Shown here: positions 7,819-14,194 of the stretch, piece after piece
Layout of the letters: each line of letters starts with the position of its first letter
How positions within the stretch are numbered: the stretch's first letter is position 1
NCBI GenBank assembly: GCA_031409655.1
Contig: JANNXQ010000098.1
Location: 1 to 14,194, forward strand
DNA: 14,194 nt
Source of the DNA: Chthoniobacteraceae bacterium
GTDB taxonomy: Bacteria; Verrucomicrobiota; Verrucomicrobiia; Chthoniobacterales; Chthoniobacteraceae
Direction of reading: 5' to 3'
Notes under the pieces: generated by a model
Told to the model about the DNA's origin: nothing
Seen by the model: only the letters and a program-made list of their open reading frames with translations
The model's database searches: none
Program-made: the position numbers and the translations under genes

Positions 7819-8025
7819 ATGAAAAAATCTAATCGCACTCTGATGTTTTTGTTCGCAGTCGGCCTAGGTCTCTCCCCTTTCTATATGAAACCTGCCAATG
7901 CCGCCACAGGCTTCATTAAAGTTTGTTTCAAGGGGAAGACGATCACGATTCCCGCATACCTTCAACCCAAGTACGCAGCTGCCGATCCATTGTTTTTGCC
8001 GACTCCTTGCCCCCCAAGTCCATAG
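7819..8025 (+). CDS. Small secreted two-cysteine protein (68 aa), function unknown
   Basis: MKK start, hydrophobic core and PANA|A signal peptidase I-like site. The 40-aa mature part has Cys36 and Cys64. Preceded by an A/C-rich leader like that of 4908. Confidence 0.8.
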   Translation: MKKSNRTLMFLFAVGLGLSPFYMKPANAATGFIKVCFKGKTITIPAYLQPKYAAADPLFLPTPCPPSP

Positions 8026-8127
8026 CAGCCCTTTCGGCTGATTCATTTAGCGCAAAAAGCATTGCGGTTTTCTTGACCTTGGGGAGCTTTTTTTTTGCTA
8101 TCCCCCCCAAAACTTTCGTCTTCGGTT

Positions 8128-8149
8128 CCTGAGACTCATAAGTCTCAGG
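8128..8149. promoter_or_regulatory. Palindrome (operator or RNA hairpin) upstream of the FG-GAP gene
   Basis: CCTGAGACT-CATA-AGTCTCAGG: perfect 9-bp arms, no T tract. Confidence 0.4.
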
Positions 8150-8290
8150 TAAGTGCCCCTCAGACTCTCAAAAAAGAAAGCCGTTGGCTATCGTTTTTGC
8201 TCGAGAGCCTCGCCCTTGATTCGCATCGGATATCCTAGTTCGCCCGATGCGACAAGGACAGGTTTCCATTGAATCCAGAGACAACTCGTT

Positions 8291-10564
8291 GTGAAACATT
8301 TCTTCGTTAGTTTCCTTGCGGTTTTTGCCTCGGTTTTGAGCCACCTTCGGGCTTCGCCTATCCACGGAAGTGCGTTCCCATCCCCCCAAGAGACGATTTT
8401 GTCTACTACTCAACCCTACCTTAGCTCGGTTGCTGTTGCGGACTTTGATGGGGATGGCTTTCCCGATGTGCTCGCCTCTTCGGTCGGCACCGCCGCTGTT
8501 TCTGCAAAGATCATTTGGTATCATAGCAACGGGGATGGGACATTTGCAGCGCAACAAAATGTGATTGCAACTTTCGCAAGTGGCTATTTCACGAAGCCCT
8601 TCCCTGCTGACTTGGACGGCGATGGGAAGATGGATGTTGCCTACTGGTCCGATGATGGCCAGATCAAGTGGTCTCGAAATAGTGGCGGCGGACTCTTTGA
8701 CCAGCGGGTCATTGCGAGCACTCCATATGACACAGCAAACCAGCAATTCACCTCGACAATCATCTCGGTCGCCGATGTCGATGGTGACGGCAAGCAAGAT
8801 ATTATTGCAGCTGCTAATTTCCCGAGCAACGCCGTTGTGTGGATTCGGAATTTTGGCGTTACCAACGCCAGCCTGGGTATTGTCGATTGGGTCGGGCCGA
8901 ATCCGGGAGTCGTCCAGATTCCGATCTCGAGTGCGGGTTCAGGACCGACGTCTGTCCGCGCGAATGACATTAATCTCGATGGGCTTACCGATCTGGTAAT
9001 CACTTCTGCTGCTGACAACACCATCGCGTGGCTCAAGGGCAATGGCGGCACTTCCTTTAGCCGCTCCTCCATCTCATCCTCGCAGACTCGCACCCGCGAC
9101 TCAGTAATCGCTGATTTTGATGGCGATGGGTGGCAGGACATCGCCTGTGCGGCTTATGCGGCAAACAAGATCAATTGGTTTCGAAACATTCACCCTGCCA
9201 ACCCGCTGAATCCTTACTTCGGTGGTGTAACTCCGCTCGCCGCCACGAGCAGCACTCCAAACTCCTTAGGGGTGGGTGATTTCAACTCCGATGGCCGACC
9301 AGATATTGTTGGAATTTCCTTTAATCCGGGGAAGGTTTTTTGGTGTGAAAACCGCGGTGGTACGACGAATTTTGATGGGGGTCTCACTGAAATATACGCG
9401 CCCGCTGCGGCTCCGTCGAATGGCCAGTCGGTGGCGGTCGCAGACTTTAATCAGGATGGGACGATGGACGTCGCAGCCGCTTGGATTAATGCTGGAACCA
9501 GTATAGACAGTAAGATCTCGGTTTATTTTAATAGAGGCGGACAATGCGTTTTAGCGGCGGTGAATACTGCACCGGGCACGCTCATGGAGGGGCGCAAAGA
9601 CGATGTTCTGCGTATTGTCGTCAGCACCCCTCTCGGGATCTCCGGTGACAACAACGCTCGGCCTGCAACGATCGGCTTGCTTCTAGAGAAAAGCCCAGGC
9701 CAGATCATGACGACGGCAGAGGCAAACACGATGATCGACTCGTTATCGCTCTACGTAGACACGAACGGTTCCGGCGCCCTTGAACTCGGAACAGACCTAT
9801 CGGTGGGAACGGTCACCGACTTGGTGCTCGCTAGCGGACGATTGTCGTTTGCACTTCCGGGCAATCTCCCAATATCGGCCCAGATTTTGCCCGGCACGAC
9901 GCGGAACTATTTTGTGGTCGTGAAAGCCGGCGCGTTGGCCTCTTCGCAAGTGCCAAATACTTTTCGCCTCACGCATCTTGGCACCGGGCTGGGAAGGACG
10001 GTGCTCAAAGATGCCACAACCGGCGCGGTGCTAACGGTTGAATCGGTAAACCTTGCAAACACGCCTTCGTCGCTGGTCACTGCGCAAGCGGCACCACCGC
10101 CCCACACCTACAGCGACTACATTTACTTTTTCTTCGACGAGCCCTCCGCGCCTGGTTCCGCGCCAACGGACGATTTCGACTTGGATGGGACTCTAAACCT
10201 CGCGGAATTTGCCTTTGGAACCGACCCGACGGTCAGTTCCGCAGCGACTATGATTCTCTCCGGCGTCGTCCCGGGTTCAACGATCATCCAACGAGGCCTC
10301 CCGACAATCTCGGCGACCAACACGGGCACGAGCGTCGATTTTAAGGCGCTCTTTTGCCGTCGCAAGGATGCGCTCTCCGGGTTGACTTACACGGTGCAGT
10401 TCGCATCCGACTTGACCGCGACCACGGCGTGGGAAAGCAGCACCGCCACGCCCACGGTGATCGCAGATGATGGCGTGATTCAAGCCGTGTCGGTGCCCTA
10501 TCCTTTTTTCCTTTCGACCTTCAAAAAGGCGCGATTCTTCCGGGTAGCGGTTACTTCGCAGTAA
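8291..10564 (+). CDS. Secreted FG-GAP/VCBS repeat (integrin-alpha-like beta-propeller) protein with verrucomicrobial-type C-terminal domain
   Basis: GTG start and signal peptide. Seven DxD/NxDG motifs (DFDGDG, DLDGDG, DVDGDG, DINLDG, DFDGDG, DFNSDG, DFNQDG), a beta-rich middle domain, and C-terminal DFDLDGTLNLAEFAFGTDP...LTYTVQFASDL...W...KARFFRVAVT. Confidence 0.93.
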   Translation: MKHFFVSFLAVFASVLSHLRASPIHGSAFPSPQETILSTTQPYLSSVAVADFDGDGFPDVLASSVGTAAVSAKIIWYHSNGDGTFAAQQNVIATFASGYFTKPFPADLDGDGKMDVAYWSDDGQIKWSRNSGGGLFDQRVIASTPYDTANQQFTSTIISVADVDGDGKQDIIAAANFPSNAVVWIRNFGVTNASLGIVDWVGPNPGVVQIPISSAGSGPTSVRANDINLDGLTDLVITSAADNTIAWLKGNGGTSFSRSSISSSQTRTRDSVIADFDGDGWQDIACAAYAANKINWFRNIHPANPLNPYFGGVTPLAATSSTPNSLGVGDFNSDGRPDIVGISFNPGKVFWCENRGGTTNFDGGLTEIYAPAAAPSNGQSVAVADFNQDGTMDVAAAWINAGTSIDSKISVYFNRGGQCVLAAVNTAPGTLMEGRKDDVLRIVVSTPLGISGDNNARPATIGLLLEKSPGQIMTTAEANTMIDSLSLYVDTNGSGALELGTDLSVGTVTDLVLASGRLSFALPGNLPISAQILPGTTRNYFVVVKAGALASSQVPNTFRLTHLGTGLGRTVLKDATTGAVLTVESVNLANTPSSLVTAQAAPPPHTYSDYIYFFFDEPSAPGSAPTDDFDLDGTLNLAEFAFGTDPTVSSAATMILSGVVPGSTIIQRGLPTISATNTGTSVDFKALFCRRKDALSGLTYTVQFASDLTATTAWESSTATPTVIADDGVIQAVSVPYPFFLSTFKKARFFRVAVTSQ

Positions 10565-10596
10565 ACTGAACTTTGTTCTAGCGCAGCCCCCCCCGA

Positions 10597-11967
10597 ATGA
10601 GGCTTCTCAGCCTGCCAGTCCTAATCTCGATTGCGATTGGCCTGGGCAGTGCCTGCCCGTTGCGTGGGGCAGTGATCTACAGCGGGCTGGAGAATATCTC
10701 GATCGGCACGGGCTTTGACGGGGTGTATCTCGACATCCAGACGGGAGTGAGCAGTTATTCGGGGAACTGGGACATCAATCCGTTCTTCGGCGGCGTAGGC
10801 GTGGCGACGAACAACACCTTCCAGGCCGCGCGAGTCGGGACGGGCAACTTGGATGCCATGCTGCGATTTGATGCGGGCGCAACGGTTGGCAGCGGCCTCT
10901 TGTTCTCCTCCGGTTACGGTGGCTCGCAGACGCATTTGGGGTCGTCCCCCGGGCAATTCGCAATCGGAGACGAAGGCTACCTGGCGTTTCGTTTCATTAC
11001 GAACGACGGACTGAGCAGCTACTACGGCTGGATGCGCGTAGTCTTCACGGCCAATGAGGGTGGAGCCCTCATCGAAGACTGGGCCTACGAAGACGGAACT
11101 GGCCAGGATGGAGCAGGCTCGCTCATGGCCGGCCGGGTGCAGCAGTCGCCAGCTTCGGTCGGGGTAAAGTTGACCACTCTGTCTCCCGGCACTGGCGAGT
11201 CGTTCACCTTGGGTTCGCCGGTCACCAATCCTCTGGGAGGCATAAATGTGGGCAGCATTCGCAAGATCGGCGCGGGCGCGACGGTCCTTGCCGCGCCGCA
11301 GACCTATACCGGCGCGACGATAATAGACGGGGGCACTCTGGAGATTGCCGCTGGCGGCACCCTGAGCGGGACGGCCAGCGTGGCCGTGAACACAGGTGGA
11401 ACCCTCCTTTTCAGCGGCCCGGGCGGCGTGAACACCAGGGTGAACAGCGCGGGAACGCTGAATCTCGGTGGAGGAAAAGTGGCGGCGAGCGACGTGAGCA
11501 GTAGCCTCGACCAGCAATTTGGTGTTTTGACCTTAAGCGCGAATTCCACCATCGACTTCGGAACTCTCGCGGCCGGTAACACCTTTCGGTTTGCGGTCAG
11601 TTCCGCCGCGGCCTGGACTTCCAACGGGACGCCCAACATCTTGAACATCTGGAATTGGACGAATGGCGTGGATCATCTTTTCTTCGGAACGAGCAATTCC
11701 GGCATCGCGACCGGTCAGCTCAGTCAGATCCGATTTTTCAGCGACAGCGGCACCACCTTGCTCGGATCTGGCTTTCACGCGGCTGGCGGTGAGGTCATCT
11801 CCGCCGTCCCGGAACCCGGCGGTCTCGCCGTGGCTCTCGGCCTGCTCGGCCTCATTGGGGCGCGGGAAAATCGGAGAGGGCGGAAGAAGTTGCGAAGGGG
11901 CCGTGCCCAGTCAGCATTTTGGAATCGAACGGATGGCACCGAGCCAGGCCCCGATTTGCGCGGCTGA
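10597..11967 (+). CDS. PEP-CTERM protein with autotransporter-associated beta-strand (PATR-like) repeat
   Basis: Signal peptide; N-domain with DINPFFGG and YGWMRV...DWAYE; repeat GSIRKIGAGATVLAAPQTYTGATIIDGGTLEI; VPEPGGLAVALGLLGLIGARENRRGRKK (VPEP at 11806). Starts 32 nt after the FG-GAP gene. Confidence 0.93.
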   Translation: MRLLSLPVLISIAIGLGSACPLRGAVIYSGLENISIGTGFDGVYLDIQTGVSSYSGNWDINPFFGGVGVATNNTFQAARVGTGNLDAMLRFDAGATVGSGLLFSSGYGGSQTHLGSSPGQFAIGDEGYLAFRFITNDGLSSYYGWMRVVFTANEGGALIEDWAYEDGTGQDGAGSLMAGRVQQSPASVGVKLTTLSPGTGESFTLGSPVTNPLGGINVGSIRKIGAGATVLAAPQTYTGATIIDGGTLEIAAGGTLSGTASVAVNTGGTLLFSGPGGVNTRVNSAGTLNLGGGKVAASDVSSSLDQQFGVLTLSANSTIDFGTLAAGNTFRFAVSSAAAWTSNGTPNILNIWNWTNGVDHLFFGTSNSGIATGQLSQIRFFSDSGTTLLGSGFHAAGGEVISAVPEPGGLAVALGLLGLIGARENRRGRKKLRRGRAQSAFWNRTDGTEPGPDLRG

Positions 11968-12118
11968 TTTGCTCCAAGGGGATCTACCGAGATTGCGCGC
12001 GGCGGGTGGTGGCTCGATTCTAGATTCTCGCTCAACCCGCAGAGGTGTGCTAGTCAGTCTAGGCATTTTCATCTCATGCTTCACCCTCTGACGAGCTTTC
12101 ATCCCCTCCCCGATCGCC

Positions 12119-13969
12119 ATGAGTAGTCTCCCGCCACCTGCTCCGCTGGAGGAACAGCCCAGTTATGAATTGCTGATCGAGAAAACCGGCTGGCGGAAGG
12201 CGCTCGTCTGGCTGGGCACGGTTCGAGGGGCGCTCTTGATCCTCACGCTGATCGTGCTGCTCGTCGCGGGGTGGAATGCGCGGACACTCTATCGTGCTGT
12301 CAAACTCTGGCGCGCGGAGCGCCTGATCGCCCGATTTGAAGAGGCGAGCCGCAGTGGCGACGAGGCCGCGCAGACTCGTTACCTCCGACAGGCCTTCGCC
12401 CTCCTGCCTTCGGACCCGCTGACGTGGCGCGCGCTCGCGCACTACCATGAGCAGCGCGGCGAGGGAGCCGCGCTCGCTGCCTACGAGCACCTCCTCACCA
12501 CTGGCAAGGCGACGACCGATGACGCGACTCGCGCCTGCCGCATGGCTGCGCTCCGGGGCGATCCGGCGACGACTCGCAAGATCCTGGAGAGCGTGCAAAA
12601 CGACGAGCGCGTGCGCGATCTGCCCGCTGCGCGTGCATTGCGCGCGCGCCAGCTCGCTTTTGAGGGCTCGTGGCCATCGGCGCTCACCCTTGCGGAGCAG
12701 GCTGCCGGGCAGTCGCCCGATAGTGGGCCGGAAAAATTGCTGCTCGCCTCGCTGCTCCTGCAATCCGCCGATCGAGCTCCGGCGGAGCAGCGCCTCGTGC
12801 CCGCGCAGCGCGCCGTCGGTCTTCTCGCGGAACTGGCGACGCAGCCGGACGACACCGGCGTCGATGCCTTGACCACGCTGATGTCCCTGGCGCGGCAGCC
12901 TGCCGCCGCGCAATTGCTAGCTGGTCACAGTGTCCCGACGTGGATCGAGGCAGCGGAACGGCACCCGAAAGCGGGCGCGCGCGTGCGGATACTGGCCTGG
13001 AATCTTCGACTCGCTTCCAAAGCGGTAGATCCGGATGAGTTTTTCTCCGACTTCCTCGAAAAATGGCGCAACGCGGATCTTGCCCAGCGGCTCGAGGCGG
13101 CCCGCTGGCTTAATCAAAACGGCCGACCGGGCATGGCCCTCGAACTTTCCACCCCACAGAAGGATATGTCAGAGGATTGGTTCTTCGTCTTTCTCGACGC
13201 CCTTGCGGCCACCGGCCAATGGGAGGCCGTGCTCGAACATCTGAGCGCCAAGTCGGGTCAGGCAGCCAAAATGCCGGGCGCTCTGCGCGCACTCTTCCAG
13301 TTCCGCGCACGGTCGGAACTCCGACAGCCGATCGATGCCGAGGAAATCTGGCGCGACATCCAGATCCAACTTCAATCCGAACCCACCCGCAATCAGCTCT
13401 ACATCGCCCAATACGCGGAGAAGACCGGCGCAATGAAGCAGGCGGCGACGATCTACCGGCGCCTGCTCCAGGAATCCTCCACGTCGGCCACTTTCGACCG
13501 CGCCCTCGCGCAGGATGCGAAGTTCGCGTGCTACTCCGGGCTCATTCGCAGCATCCCCGCGACCGCACCCGCCACCGAAGTCCTCCCGTGGATGGAGGGC
13601 ATCACCGCGGATTTCCCCGACCTCGAGGAAGCCCGCAACGATGCCCTCTACCTCCGCCTGCTAACAAGCGCCGCCACCAACGACCAGATGCGCGACACCT
13701 TGAGCGATTTGCTCGGCCGCAAACCGAGCTTGCTCGCCTATCGCACCACCGCCGTGCTCTACGAGCTGCGACGTGGGAACGCCGCCGGCGCAGTGAAGCT
13801 CTATGCCGGTTGGAAGATCGACTGGACCACGGCGGCCGACCGCTTCAAGGCCATAAAAGTCGCGGCCCTCACGGCAGCCGGACAAAAGAGTGAAGCGGCA
13901 GAGCTTCTCGCCACGATCAATCGCCGTGCGCTGCGGCCGGAAGAAGTCGCGCTGCTCGACCCAAAATAA
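12119..13969 (+). CDS. Membrane-anchored TPR-like all-helical protein
   Basis: 616-aa ORF with GC3-rich codons, one N-terminal transmembrane segment (GALLILTLIVLLVAGW) and TPR-like helix pairs (e.g. YLRQAFALLPSDPLTWRALAHYHEQRGEGAALAAYEHLL). Confidence 0.85.
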   Translation: MSSLPPPAPLEEQPSYELLIEKTGWRKALVWLGTVRGALLILTLIVLLVAGWNARTLYRAVKLWRAERLIARFEEASRSGDEAAQTRYLRQAFALLPSDPLTWRALAHYHEQRGEGAALAAYEHLLTTGKATTDDATRACRMAALRGDPATTRKILESVQNDERVRDLPAARALRARQLAFEGSWPSALTLAEQAAGQSPDSGPEKLLLASLLLQSADRAPAEQRLVPAQRAVGLLAELATQPDDTGVDALTTLMSLARQPAAAQLLAGHSVPTWIEAAERHPKAGARVRILAWNLRLASKAVDPDEFFSDFLEKWRNADLAQRLEAARWLNQNGRPGMALELSTPQKDMSEDWFFVFLDALAATGQWEAVLEHLSAKSGQAAKMPGALRALFQFRARSELRQPIDAEEIWRDIQIQLQSEPTRNQLYIAQYAEKTGAMKQAATIYRRLLQESSTSATFDRALAQDAKFACYSGLIRSIPATAPATEVLPWMEGITADFPDLEEARNDALYLRLLTSAATNDQMRDTLSDLLGRKPSLLAYRTTAVLYELRRGNAAGAVKLYAGWKIDWTTAADRFKAIKVAALTAAGQKSEAAELLATINRRALRPEEVALLDPK

Positions 13970-13994
13970 ACTACCGCGGCGTCTGCCAGTGCCG

Positions 13995-14160
13995 AGCAGC
14001 CTGTTGGAAAACCTCTGTGGCCTCGGTGGATGGCGTCGCTCCGCGCGCCATGCCAAACTCTGGCCGCAGGCCCATCTTTCAGAGTGGCGTTGCGCGCGAA
14101 GCGAATCGTGGCGCGCGGAGCGACGCTATCCACCGAGGATGCGTTTTTCAACAGGCTGCT
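13995..14160. mobile_element. MITE with IS5/IS1182-like ends enclosing a REP doublet
   Basis: Terminal IRs AGCAGCCTGTTGGAAAAC (13995-14012) and GTTTTTCAACAGGCTGCT (14143-14160) match 17/18. Inner IR 14021-14052 / 14107-14138 matches 30/32. Too short to encode a transposase. Confidence 0.8.
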
Positions 14161-14194
14161 AAAGAGTCGGTACCCACGATTTCTTCCTCTTAAT

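Noticed and set aside
8026..8040. Terminator after the miniprotein gene (CAGCC-CTTTC-GGCTG)
   Set aside because: Only a 5-bp stem with a poor U tract; too weak to call.
1..14194. CRISPR array, tRNA, rRNA, integron attC array
   Set aside because: No regularly spaced direct repeats, cloverleaf motifs or attC-like palindromes after the genes were seen.

Overview
GC-rich bacterial window, most likely Verrucomicrobiota (Chthoniobacterales-like). This is inferred from the PEP-CTERM tail style, the C-terminal domain of the FG-GAP protein and the HPESD-type ligase motif. All credible genes lie on the + strand and form a cell-surface/exopolysaccharide-type locus: a WaaL/O-antigen-ligase-family membrane protein with a long helical C-terminal extension, two PEP-CTERM proteins, a 68-aa secreted two-cysteine miniprotein, a seven-blade FG-GAP/VCBS protein and a membrane-anchored TPR-like protein. 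No exosortase is in the window. Two decayed IS1202-family (ISNCY, IS481-related) elements interrupt the locus. The second is complete (6265-7644, TGT...ACA ends, imperfect 16-bp flanking duplication) and sits directly behind an orphan right end of a third related element. Both transposase genes have a plausible start codon one base out of frame, followed by an A-run. A 68-bp multi-hairpin insertion disrupts the first transposase, and a ~165-bp MITE enclosing a REP doublet closes the window.
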